Source: Dicyema japonicum (lineage: Eukaryota > Animalia > Dicyemida). From it: a DNA stretch of 64,000 nt. Where the stretch lies: assembly GCA_011109175.1 (NCBI GenBank), contig RDEW01000010.1, forward strand, positions 186,001 through 250,000. Direction: 5' to 3'. The notes under the pieces are model-generated. The model made no database searches and was not told where the DNA came from. It saw only the letters and a program-made list of their open reading frames with translations. The number at the start of each line of letters is the position of its first letter. Position 1 is the first letter of the stretch. Positions 12,219 through 25,042 of this stretch are shown one piece after another. The translations under genes were made by a program, and so were the position numbers.

Positions 12219-12689
12219 ACTCTGGAAGGAAGGGGAAAAGAAGGAACATCCACGTAGCACCAAATGGGTTCATACGGCGAATAACAAGTAAGACTTATAG
12301 AGGGATTGTACAAAAACAATTCCGATTAAATTTAATACATTAGCAATTTTTTATAGCGATCAGTCATAAAATAGTTTATTTTTTGTCAAATCTTTTACAG
12401 TTTATTTTTCACGTCTTTACGAAAACCAACAGATTCGCAAACATAATAAACACGGTCGTTTAAAACTACTAAATTAACAAATAATTAAATTTACGGTTAG
12501 TTTTTACACTATTCGGGGATCATCAATTTATCACATTATCTGCTGGTTAGAATTTCATGCTGCTACATAGTTAGGATTTCATTCTTGCTATTCGCATTTT
12601 AAATTCTAAGAAGCATTATTGGATCTAACTGACTCAAGAGTTTCTAGAGACTTGGCTGACATCCAAAAAGATCCATATTCCAGCGGATG

Positions 12690-13060
12690 GGTTCCCACAA
12701 TAATAAATACTTGGAAAAATACGTCCAAGTCCGACTGGAAACTGGATACAACTTCTTTTACGTATATCCATTTTTCAAGTACAAAGACCAATTACAAGAC
12801 CACGTTAACAACAAACTAACTAATCAAGTGATCCCAGCACACTCTAACAATCAACTCAACTTGGTTAGATGCTCCTCTCTCAACCAACACTAGCAAGTAT
12901 CAGCCGTATAACTGGATCCTCGTAGTCGCAACTGCACGTTTGTCTGTTCTTACATATTAGGATTCCTGAGGCATTGGAGACTAGAACTTCTCAAAAGTCC
13001 ATCGTTCCGAAAATTTAGAAGCCTTTTTGGCTAGCTTAGATCTTCATAGTATTTGTCCAG
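12690..13060 (+). mobile_element. Decayed R2-superfamily-like RT/thumb remnant
   Basis: Shares sequence with 5440-5600(-); weak KYL.. and LGIPEALE-type peptides; assignment tentative. Confidence 0.35.
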
Positions 13061-13199
13061 GAAATGAAAGGGCCCCATATGGCATAAGAAATGCATGGCT
13101 CAATGTATTGGGTGTATTTAGTTTCCAAAATATAGTAATTTCTGATCTTATAAATATATTTAAAGGATAGAATTTCAAAAAACTACTAAAATTCATAAA

Positions 13200-16100
13200 A
13201 CCAAAGTCGTACTGTTATGTTGTCCAATTAAGTCGCGTCCGACCCTTGGAGATCTCATGAACGAGTTTCAACCACTCTCCCCGATCCGTTGCAATTTGGA
13301 GTAGCCCTGATATAGGCATTTCCGTGACGTCTTCCACCGTGGATAGCCACCGAGTCCTCGGTCGGCCAGGTCTTCTCTTCCCAGTAATATTGCTTACCAT
13401 AATGGTTCTTTACATTGAATCAGAGCGGACAACATGCCCAAAAAACGCCAATCTGTGTTTTACGATTCTTCCTTCTAGCGAAATGGTCGTCTCCACCCGT
13501 TTGAGTACATCGATGTTTGTTATTTTAGAAGTCCAAGGGATTCTTAGTAACCTCTTCCAGCACCAAAGTTAAAAGCATCAAATTTTTGTCTATCTGCCTT
13601 TTTCAGTATCCATGATTCTGCGGCGTATAGAAAAACCGGAACACGATTGCATTAACCAGTCTGCATTTGGTCCTTAAGCAAGTATCTTTGCTTTTCCAAA
13701 TTCTATTCATTCTCTGGAAGGCAATCTTGATTTCCAAGCCTCCGTCACCATTCCGATTAATTAGACATCCCAGAAAGACAACATTATCGCAACTCTCTAT
13801 TTTCTCATTCCCAATTTTTAGTTCCATTATTAGCAGTAGTCATAATTTTGGTCTTCTTGATATTTAGCAATAAACCAAAGACGGCGCTCTCTTCTCTGAA
13901 TCTTAGAATCAACTCCCTGAGGCTATCCTCTGTTTCAGCCAGTAAGGTTGTATCGTCAGCATAGCGCAAATTATTGATGTTCCTGCCTCCAATTTTAATC
14001 CCGTTATTTGATACAGTATCCAATTTAGTCATGATCATTTCGGCATAAATATTGAATAGGAGATAATAAGCATCCTTGTCTTACTCCTTTACCAATTTTG
14101 AACCAATCGGTATCTCCATACACTGTTCTAACAGTAGCTTCTTGATCCTTATAAAGAGATTTGATAATATCAGATGGGCATCGAATCCAAATTCTTTTAA
14201 AGCGGACCACAGCTTGTCATGTATAACGGAATCAAAAACTTTCCATAGTCAATGAAGCACATGTATACATTCTTTTGGGATTCATGGGCTTTCTCCATAA
14301 TCCACCGGATATTTGCTATATGGTCACATGTGTATCGTCCCTTCCTGAATCCTGCTTGGACATGCGGTAGAATCATTTCGGCATTTGGCATTAGATGATG
14401 TTGTATTATCTTTAGAAGTATTTTGCTGATGTGGGGAATTAAGGCTATTGTACGATAGTTTGGACAGTCCTTGCTATCCCCTTTTTTCGGTATTGGAATA
14501 AATAATTTGCGTGGCCAAATACAGTTCCCAAATTTTTTGACATAGACGGTGATAGCTGTCACCGGTATAGCCTTCAACAATTCGCTGTTGTCAATTCACG
14601 GTTCCTTGTTCCCCGTTAATTGCCGTGTAGCCCACACGCATTTCTCTCAAGGATTTTATTCCCCTCACCCAACGTTGCTTCATCAACATATATGGAGGCA
14701 CACAGTTTTGAATATAGTCCGTATATTCTCTCCAACGATTTCGGATGTTCTGTTGGCTTAGCAATTCTACACCATCCTTGTCCTTGATTTTGCCCATCAT
14801 TTTCGTAAAGGGGGTTCGTAATCTTTTTAGTTGTAAATACGACTTCGTAGTGTGACCTCTCTTATAATCATCTTCCATTTTTTTACAGCTAACCTCCAGT
14901 AGTCTTCTTTATCTTCCTGGCTGCCTATTTGAATTTAGAGTTAAGATTTCTTGTCTCGTCTATATTCCCAGAGACTTTAGCAGCTTTACGAGGCTCAGCA
15001 ATTTTTAGGGTGTTGACAGAGAGCCACTCAGAGCACATGGTCGGCGTTTTGTATTTTACATGTTTTATTGCAGCGTTCCTGATAACCAATACATATCATT
15101 CCATAATTCATCAGGCATCCTTCCGTTCAAATCCAGTAATCCAATATTGTGCTTCACTTCCATTGCGTATTCTGGTGGTATGTTAGAGACATCGAATTTC
15201 TTTACTCGGGGGGTATTCCAAGTGTTACTGAATTTCGTCCTAATTTTTGCAACAAGTAGCTGATGGTCTGTTCCAGAGTCTGCCCTTGGATATGTTTTGA
15301 CGGCTGTTATAGAACTTTTCCTGCGTTTGGCGCACAAAATATAATTAATCTGGTTCCTAGACATTCCATTTGGCGACGTCCAAGTGTATAATCGTCGTTT
15401 GTGCTGTATGAACCATGTGTTAGTTATCTGAAATCCATTTTCCTGACAGAAGTGACCAGTCGATCCCCAGTATCATTTCTTTTCCCCAAACCAAAACTTC
15501 CCACAATATCCGTATACACCCAACTTTTGAATTGAAATCCCATTATGTAGATTATGTCCTTTTTGGGTATTAGTTTTAGTGCCTCTTGAAATTCATAATA
15601 AAAAGTGTCAATTTCGTCATCCTTGGAAATAGATGTTTGGGAATACACTTGCATGACCGTAATATTCAATGGTCGTCCACGGACGTGGATTAGTATTATC
15701 CGATCATTAAATATTCTATGACTTTCAATTCAGGTGCAATTTTCTTTGAAGCAATGAAGGCCACTCCGTTTCTCTTCGCATTAATGTTACCAGAATAATA
15801 CTGTACCAGCATAAATTAAGCAAAAAAACCATCAAAGTCTATTATCATATATCTAGTTATATGCACGATCGGCTCTTTATTGCCAGAGTTTTCCGAAAAT
15901 AAGCCCAAAAAGCAATGCCAAAAATTAATCGAATACAAAAAACTATGATCCTTTTCGTGCCGGCCTGGCACTGGGCGCCACCTAGACAGGTGGATCACAT
16001 GACGCCACTCTAATAAAGAGAGAGAGGAGGAATAGACAAACAAAACAGAAACTTCAATCAATTAGCCACGAAGCACCACATGGCGCCACCCGGCTATTTT
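13200..16100 (-). mobile_element. Near full-length BovB-like RTE LINE (APE + RT), frameshifted
   Basis: YYSGN..RNGVAF, NQINYILC, TDHQLLVA, IPKKGDSKDCPNYRTIALIPH, GVRQGCLLSP, NLRYADDTTL, RPGRPRTRW; 5' non-coding part 15790-16100. Confidence 0.9.
15947..16006 (-). ncRNA. Candidate HDV-like self-cleaving ribozyme in RTE 5' UTR
   Basis: GGCGTC-ATGT-GATCC-ACC-TGTCTA-GGT-GGCGCC-CAG-TGCC-AGGCC-GGCA-CGAAAA-GGATC: P1, P2, P3, P4 in HDV order and CGAA J4/2; L3 non-canonical. Confidence 0.4.
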
Positions 16101-16139
16101 CTTTTTATATTATTATTATTAAAAACAAAAAATCACCGA

Positions 16140-16510
16140 CAAATTAAATAACTACATAGCCGTCAGGTGATTCCGGCCGCCTCGAGTAGCCATCTCATTC
16201 TTGCTCGGTGTTCTTCCCGGGTTCCAACGCATTTCCGGATTGGGCGGGGGTTTCTAACTTTTTTGGAGGGTAGTAAGGCTCCGGTTTTCCTCACTAATTC
16301 CTCAAAAGGTGTAGGGTTCAGAGGTGTCTAAGAAAACCTTTGCAAAGCCTTACTAGCCATTTTTTGGAAGGTATTGATTTTTTCTATATTCCTGTTTGAT
16401 AGGTTGGTTCCCCATGCAGCACACCCGTAAGTTAGAGACGGTTGAATATACTGCACGTAGAGGGAGTCCAAATTTGAGTTGAAACACCCATTATATTTTC
16501 CAAGGAGTGT
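16140..16510 (-). mobile_element. 3' fragment of I-group/Jockey-like LINE
   Basis: YIQPSLTYGCAAW..NIEKINTFQK..CVGTREEHRARMRWLLEAAGIT*. Confidence 0.75.
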
Positions 16511-16618
16511 TTTAATATAAGTGACATAATACAGGAGTATTTACACATCTATAACAGTAGTTAAATAAACATTTTTGTTAATTTAAATTTAAAAATCTGT
16601 TGCATGTTGTGTCGTCTG

Positions 16619-16782
16619 AAAGCCGTGAAGAAAACATTGGCATCTGGTGACGATTTGGACTCACTGAGGGACCTAGCGAAGAACAGAAGAGCTTGGAGCA
16701 ACCTAACTAATTCTCTTATATTTTTTGCTGCACATGCGGGGCTATAAATATTATGGCTCTCGTGAAAGTGCTAATAATAATA
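16619..16782 (+). mobile_element. 164-bp RTE 3' insertion with 15-bp TSD
   Basis: TSD atgttgtgtcgtctg at 16604-16618 and 16783-16797; encodes SGDDLDSLRDLAKNRRAWSNL; (TAA)4 tail. Confidence 0.85.
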
Positions 16783-16799
16783 ATGTTGTGTCGTCTGTT

Positions 16800-19700
16800 G
16801 TCGTTGTGTTGCTAAAAGAAGAGAATAAGAAAGGAAAATCAGAAAAGAACATGCAGAAAACTGTAAAAGAAGATGAGATCTGCACAAAGTGCAACATAAT
16901 GAACAAAAGAAAGCGGATGATCCATTGCACAGCATGTTCATATGGCTTCCACATGTCCTGTGCCGGAATGACTAAAAGAGCCCTGGCTGCCATTTCCGAT
17001 TGGCACTGTCGATCTTGTCTCCTACCAGATAATATGACAAACTCTTCCTTACGCTACCCTTCTGAACATGTTCCACTAGACCATCAGGAAATACTTGAAT
17101 TGATCTCAATCCTGACACACACACGAAGACTCCTGATCAGGATCCCCAAAGCTGCTCGTATATCTGTCGCAGACTGTCTAGGTGAGTTTATTGAAAAGGC
17201 AGTTTCTTCGGACGACTCTGATGATTAGTTACGATTAGTTTGCTTTACTCCAATCACAATATGCATACCCCACAGGAAGGGAAAAGAAGACAAATCACTT
17301 TCGTCATTAGTAAAGGAGAATGCCCAGACATTCTTCTTAAGGAACATATTGGCAGACTCAGAAAAACTCACCTACAAATCCCAAAACCATGAGAAGCCAA
17401 CATCGACTATCTCGGACTCTCAGAGATTAAGAAGAGCGATCCGTCGATAACTTTTGGAAGGTGGCATCCGTGTTGCCGTGAGGATCCCTGCAGATCAACA
17501 ATCTATAATTGAGCCATTTGAACAGTACTATTCATCACTTGTTGAATGACACCCAAGTCTCCCCAACGACCTCCGGGTCCCCCCTTGCCCAGGACAATTA
17601 CCCAATCTACTTGTGTCTGAAGAGGACGTAAAAGATGGTATCCTCTCATTTGTCCCGAGTAGCAGTGGAGGACTAGATGGGCTCCGTCCGGGTCACATCA
17701 AAGATCTCATAACATGGGCAACTCTGGGGTCCGGCTCGTCTTGGCTTTCACCAAACTAATGAACAGGATGCTATCAGGGACACTACCAGAAACAATTTGA
17801 CACGTAATGTTCTCCGCAAAGTTAATCGCATTCGACAAGAAGGGAGGTTGAATACGCCCTATTGCAGTCGGAATGGTCTTCCGTCGGTTGGCCTCAAAGT
17901 TTGTATGCAGAGCAATCCTACCTACGCTGATAACACAACTACAACCAACCCAAATAGGTGTCGGCACACCGGTGGGTTGTGAAGCGGCAGTTCATGCTAT
18001 CCGAACATTCACCGAAAAGAACGTGAACATTCCTCACGTAATCGTCAAAAGTGACATTAAAAATGCCTTCAACTCGATACGACGTGATACAATTCTGGAG
18101 GATTGCTTCACATACTACCCATCAGTGTACAGCTATATTCATAGCTCGTATGGAAAACCATCCAGTCTGGTACACGGCCAATATTACATTCCATCGTCTT
18201 CTGGAGTCCAACAAGGAGACTCACTGGGGCCCGCCTTGTTCAGCCTGGGAATTGCCCGTATCACAGGATACTGCTCCACTCCTCTGAGAGTATGGTATTT
18301 GGATGATTGCACCATGGGCGGCCATCTGAAGGATGTACTAGATTGTTTGAAAAGTCTGATAGTACAATTGGAATCCATGTGCCTAACTCTAAACACCAAT
18401 AAGTGTGAAGTAACCAATTTTGGATTTCCACAGTCTGAATGGGATCTGATCCTTGGTATGTTCAGAGAGATCATTCCGAAAGCCACAGAAACCAAATCAG
18501 AACAACTGGAAATACTTGGATGCCCTCTTACTGATGCTGGAATCAGTAACACTCTAAGAACAAAAGAACATCAACTAAAAACAACATTCAGACGTCTGGA
18601 GATGCTGGACGCACACACCTCTCTATTCCTTCTGAGAAACGCCTTATCAGCACAGAAACTGAACTACGTTCTTCGGGGCTACTTGAAAATGCAACAGCTC
18701 GATGCTATCGATTCCCTCTTCCGGAGTACCATTGAACGTATCACAAATGTGAAATTTGACGACCAAGGGTGGGACCAAGCGACCTACCCGTTAGCCTGGG
18801 CGAACTGGGAATCTTCAACGAAAGATCTGGCTTGCCTGCTTATCTATCCTCTTTGGGCTCCAGCCGACTGCTGGTCAGGATGATTCTCCAACTCCAAACA
18901 GAATCATCTGAAATCACAGAGATGGAGCATTTGAAGGGGATGATGCTGAGCAGAAAGATCGTTACAGGACTATCTGCGAGGATAAATATGAGAGGCTTCT
19001 GAACCAATCAAACCAACACAGACGTGCCTGTCTAGTCACTGGAAGATGCGAATCGAGTGGCGCATGGATCAATGCACTCCCAGTTGGCAGTGTCGGGACC
19101 CACCTTGACGACGATACTGTCCGCATCGGCATCTCCACCAGACTTGGACTGGAGATTTGCCGGACCCACAAATGCCGATGTGGCGCAACCGTCGATTGTT
19201 ATGGACTCCATGCCCTCTCTTGCCGAAGGAGTGCAGGACTATTCCCAAGACACAAGGCGATCAACGGAATTGTCAAGCGAGCCCTGGAGTCTGCGGGATA
19301 CCCAGCCATACTAGAACCTGTTGGTCTGGACAGAAAGACGGAAAACGTCCCGACGGGATCACAATTTTCCCATTCGAAGAGGGGAAACCTTTGGTCTGGG
19401 ACGCTACTTGTGTCGACACGCTTTGCCTGTCCAACATTGTCGGGAGCGCGGTAGACACACTGTATTCCGCGGAAAAAACGATGAGGGCAAAGAGAAGAAA
19501 TACGAAGCGCTACGCGACCGATTCGCGTTTTATCCGATAGTAGTCGAGACAACTGGAGGAATAAGTGGAAAATCGCTTCGCTTCCTAAATAAACTTGGAC
19601 GCTTAGCTACACTAAAAAGCCACGACGCACGTGAGACCCGGTGGTTACTCCAGTTAATCTCTGTTGCAATCGTGAGAGGTACCGCAACGTCGATATTGTC

Positions 19701-19815
19701 GGCGGGGTCCACTTTGGATGGATGGCGGTTTTAAATATGATTTACTGTAAATATGGTTTTCTGATTTAAATAAATTATTTAAACGTTAATTAAAATATTA
19801 ATTTAATTAAAAAAA
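16800..19815 (+). mobile_element. Near full-length CRE-like non-LTR retrotransposon: PHD finger - RT - CCHC knuckle - RLE
   Basis: PHD C4HC3 (CTKC..CTACSYGFHMSC..WHCRSC); SSGGLDGLRPGHIKDL; RPIAVGMVFRRLASK; GVQQGDSLGPALF; WYLDD; CRCGATVDCYGLHALSC; RPDG, WDATC, YPIVVETTG; stop at 19734; several stops/frameshifts. Confidence 0.9.
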
Positions 19816-19836
19816 CAATAGAATAGCGCTTTTATA

Positions 19837-22800
19837 ATGTCCAAGTTGGTGCCAATCAGAGTTTTTGTGAGAGTAAGGTTAATTTAGTTAATCAAAATTT
19901 TAAACAGGCCCTTAAAGTACGAGGAAATTAAGAAATTCAGAGAAACTGTCACTTGTATTTCTGATACACAATTGGGAATCACAGACGTCAGCCCTAACAA
20001 GGCAACTAAACTGTTCCAATTTCCTCGAATCTTTGACCAAAATGCAAGTCAAGAGGATATCTACGACACTGTTGTTCGCCCTGCAATCGATGATGTCTTT
20101 AAAGGATTTAATTTTACCGTGTTTGCTTACGGACAGACCTCTACGGGAAAAACATACACAATGGAAGGTGAATTTACTGACGAAAGCTACAAAGAGTGGA
20201 CCGTAAGATCTAATGCAGGAATTATCCCACGTGCTGTTAACGATATTTATCGTCAGTTGAAGCAAATGGTACATTAAATCAAGTGAGCTCAACTAGGACT
20301 GTTATACTCTGCTCAAAGTCTCATGTGTTGAACTTTACAACGAGGAAATTTACGATCTACTGAGTGAGGACTTGGAGACCAACTCAAAGTTGGCCATCTT
20401 TGAGGATCCGATCAGGGTTTCTTTTTTTGTCTAAAAGACAGCGGTCACCTATCATTAAGGGATTGAACGAAGTGACTATACGTAATCAGAAGGAGTTATA
20501 CAGGATAATCAACTCTATACGATTGAGAAGAGCAACTGCAGCAACACTTTCTAATGAAAAATCTAGGTTTGCTATAGATTAATATTTCTAGTCGATCCCA
20601 TACGATTTTCACTATAACAGTCCACATAAAACAGAGTAGTGATATGATTAAGGTCGGAAAACTTAATTTGGTATCTATTTTCCTCTTATTTTGATCGATT
20701 TGGCTGGTTCGGAAGGAAACAATCGGACTGGAAGCACAAAAACCAGAGTAAGAGAGGCAGGTTTGATTATATTTCCTTATCGCAGCCTCGATTAACCAAT
20801 CTCTTCTGGCTCTTGGGAGAGTAATGACTTCCTTAGTCCAAAAAACTCAACACATTCCTTATAGGTTCCTATTTTCCATCATTTTGTTAGGGAAAGTAAA
20901 CTAACACGACTTTTGCAGGACTCCTTAGGGGGAAGCACAAAAACTGCCATGATTGTAACGATTTCCCCTGCTTCTTGCCTTCTTGATGAGACATTGAATT
21001 CTCTTGAATATGCTAAAAGAGCCCAGAGTATAAAGAACCACCCTGAGCCGAACCAAAAGATGGAAAAGACACAGCTTGTGAAGGTTGATGATGACTCATT
21101 GCAGATGTACGACGATGAAATTGCAAGACTCAAGGCCGAATTGGGGGACATTCGACTGGCAAATGGAGTCTTCATGCCAGAAGAGGATTATAAGTAAATT
21201 TTCAAGCGATTGTAGACAAATTACCACTCAGAAGGAAAGCTTGGCCATGGAAATCAAGGAACTAGAAGAAAGGGTCGATTTTTGCGAAAAACAAAAAAAT
21301 AAGGTTTTAGTAATTTGAGATTCTTAGTTTGAGCAAGATTTCCGTGATTGCAAGGAGAGAGTAGCGCTTACGGAAAAAAATATTGAGACTGAGACCCACA
21401 GAATGCATAATATTCGATCACGCGCCAGAAATTTGAGGGACAAGTTAGTAACTACGCGAAGAATCCGTCGGAGGAAGTCGCACGTGTCTCGAAAGCATGC
21501 ACAGTACTATAGCAGGACGAAACAGGCTGAGATAGAGGTATAAATCGTTATCACAGAAGCTCACTCAAAAACTGAATGCCCAGAAGGAAATATGTGAGCG
21601 ACTTGTCAGCTCAAATATTAGGCTGACTGTGGTAAATGCTAAGAATAGGGAGAGCATGTCTTCTATATTCGTCAAAATGAACAAGCTCGTGGTTGAACTA
21701 GAAGAGATGATAAATATATGTGGGAAAAAAATGGAAGGGAATCACGCGATGATTTTGAAGAATCTTGGTTAATCAATGAATTATTCAGAACATGCCAATT
21801 CCTTTAATAATGACTGCCATTCCTACCTTTCTTCTTTGGTTGATAAACAGAAGGAAATGTCTGGATTTTCGTTTGGCAATGAAATGACGGATATTTACCG
21901 CTTGACGAGGGACCTCACCATGGAGTTTAAAACAAACTTTATTTGCGATAAAGTTTGTTTTTTGTCTCATTCAGATCACTGAGAAGGATATTCTAACCAA
22001 TTTTTTTAATGAGACTATGCATGAGTTCAAGGAAGTTATGGAAAACAAAGAGGAGGAACTGACAGAGCTTGGGAAAGAGCTAACATCTGAAGCCACGAAA
22101 ATTGTGGTCTTTGATTTATTATTGGCAGACTGACCAGCTGACTGAGCTAAATAGAGACTTCAACAAGAAAAGAGAAATTGCTATCGCAAATGAGCGGGAA
22201 AAAATGTTCATTTTAAATGAAAAAGACAGAGAATTCAACCAAAAGTACATATCTGAATGGATTGCATTCATTAATGGATTTTCTGATTTCCAATCAGTTT
22301 TTAGTCCTTTAAATTGTAGAAACTGGGTGAGTCGTTGAAATTTTTTCCTTCAGAACCTATAAAAAAGGTTGTTTTATTTGTGATGGTATAGATTGGTGAA
22401 ATTAAAAGTGATTTAAATTGTTATGTGGATGACTTTGAAAAGTCAATGAATAGGCATATGTTTTGTTTATTCTTAGCTTTGTGGAGACTCAGAAGATAGT
22501 AGAAGATGCTTGGAGTACCAATTCGAATGCTTTACTAAAGAAGTCAGATTTACATATCCAAAATGGTTTTGATAAAGTATTTTTTACTGTCTATGGTAGT
22601 TTATGACGAATAAGAGAACGTATCTAGAGTTATTTGACGAATTCAATTCACAAGCCTCCGAATTTATTTCCGAACGGGTCAAGACTGTGACGGAAACCTA
22701 TGACAAGGCCAGGAAGTTCTGCAATGACATGATTGTGGGGATTGACAATACCACGAAGAACACTGTCTCGTCTTTGAACGTGAGGATTGATGTAAATGTT

Positions 22801-23214
22801 TGTAGACTAAACGAGATCAAATATGCGGAAACGTTGATAAATTTGGTCTTGGAATATCAAAATTAAGCAAAAACATGGAAGATTGTAATTCCAAGCATGA
22901 GAAATTGGTGACGTGTTGTGAAGAAATTACCGAGGAAGTGAAAAATAAATGCAGCGAGATTGCTAGGATCTTGATAGAACTGGCTAATTCGTTAGAGAAT
23001 GAGTTGGTCGTTTATGAACATACCGGTAAGGGCTGATGTGACTGTAGAATTGACTCCCACTCATATTGGAGACCCTCCTTCATTTAGTCTGCCTGATAAA
23101 TTTGACGAGAACCAAGAATTATCAGAAAGTTTTGTGAGTGGGGGGAATGACGATTCCTTAAATTATTCCATACTAGATGACACTAGACGGAGTTATTCAA
23201 GTGATGAGAAGTGA
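19837..23214 (+). CDS. KIF11: Kinesin-5 (Eg5/BimC family), many short introns
   Basis: IRVFVRVRP; [16 protein letters not shown]; DLAGSE; [11 protein letters not shown]; [21 protein letters not shown]; long coiled-coil stalk; BimC-box-like LVVYEHTELTP near the C-terminus. Confidence 0.9.
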
Positions 23215-23539
23215 CATGTCCTCATTTTATGCTGTCGTTATAATAAATTTTCTTTCTAAATTTGAATAATTTTGCAAAAGTGCATTTTTTTCTCATTATG
23301 TACTTTCTCATACACTGCTGCGTCTAATCATCTGTGAAAGCCACTGGTTCAACCACTTGGTCAGCTGCTGTAGTTAGAGGCAACAATTATGTCATTGGGA
23401 TCAATAGTTACAATTATATTCACAAAAATAAATATCACTTTTGTTCTACGCACTTAAAAAACTTAACGTTTCGTGGGTTTATATAAAATATTTATACGCG
23501 TGAATGTAAAATTGATCTTTACTAATCATAAACATTTTT

Positions 23540-24240
23540 TTAAAAGAAACAATCAACTGAGGGTCATACAACAGCTGATTGCGTTGCTATTCCCTCTCAG
23601 GATGGCGAGCGAGATTTCCTCAAATAGTCAGCAACGCTCACCGAGTCTGTGAATGTAGAAATCCGATCACCTAGACGACTCAGGAATTCCAGCGTCAAAG
23701 GCGCAAGGGAACCAGGCGTTTCACTGCGAGCGGAGCAAACAAAACATCCTCGGGTAGGACCGCATAGTTTGCTCGTTTTGATCTCTCTCCCTTTACTAGG
23801 TTGCTAGGGGAGAATGTGTCGGTGCGGGTGACGTCCCAGACAAAAGGTTTCCAGGCTTCAAAAGAGAAGATGGTCATCCCATGGGTCGTTTCCTGTGTGT
23901 CCTGCTTCCACAGGTTTCCTCAAACCGGATATTGAGATACATTCAGTTGTTGAACAGACTATCTCATCAATGTGTCCCATTAGGTACTACTCCCCAGCGT
24001 AGGCTTTCCGCAGAGGCGAGTTGATCGCATTGGGTAAAATAGGGAAGTCTTCAGGACATATGCAAGCCTCTGTTTGTTGAGGCTGTTTTAGGAAAAATAT
24101 TGATGTATGCACGTCAAGCAAACACAAGTGGTCCAGAGTTCCTTTGAGCAATTTTCGCGTATAGCTCTCCCCATTGAAGATATGGTGATTAGGGACCCGA
24201 GGAATATATGGTATTCATAGGGGATAGAAATTCTTCCGAG
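23540..24240 (-). mobile_element. CRE-like element 3' part, decayed
   Basis: TIFSFEAWKPFVWDVTRTDTF..FAPLAVK; EISLAILRGNSNAI. Confidence 0.75.
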
Positions 24241-25042
24241 CAATAAATTCGAGAAAGATGTCATAACTTGATAATATTTTTCTTATGAAAGTCCTGAATT
24301 GTGAATTTCACGATTATTAAAATTATAAGGAATTAATAATTTCTATTTTCTTCTTTAAAGCAGTTAGTTCATACTCGTCCTACCTTAGTTATAATCTGAT
24401 TCACTGCTTTTATAGTGTTTATGCTGCTGTGTCATGAACTTAAATCCCCAACACTAAGAACTACCACTGGAAGAGCTCTACACAGGAAATCTCATGTAGT
24501 CAGTCATTTGAGTAGCCATAATGTAATGATGAAGATTATGGGGCGTCAAGCAAGGGACCATCAAACATCACTAGATAGGCTAGAATCTGAATTCAACGTT
24601 TCACTCATTCAACCACTTGATTGACTTTTTACTTTCCCAAATATTATTACTTAGCTGAAACTACTCACGAGTTTTTCATAACCACGTGAATACTTAAGGT
24701 TTTGTTTGTGTCCTATACTATCCTTTCTATTAGTTCATTATATCCAACTTTCCGTATTTCATCATCCGTAGTTTTCAGTTGTCCACCAATTCGGCCATAA
24801 TCATGACCCATACGAGTGATTCTTTCCCATGTGACAATACAGCACCACAGTTCTTTGCCTACTGGCCTCTGCGGAAAGCCTACGTTTGCCAGTAGCACCT
24901 GAAGGTTAGATAACTTTTTGAAGAATATTCATCACAGAGACAATTTCTAGTGTGCCGCCAGCAGAATAAAAATTTAAATAAATGGTTCCTATCAAACTAA
25001 AACAGCACATGTATTATTTAGTTTTTACTATTTATTGTTGAT

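Noticed and set aside
12619-12819. E2 ubiquitin-conjugating-like N-terminus (SRVSRDLADIQKDP)
   Set aside because: No catalytic HPN..C region follows, and the adjacent DNA matches a non-LTR remnant.
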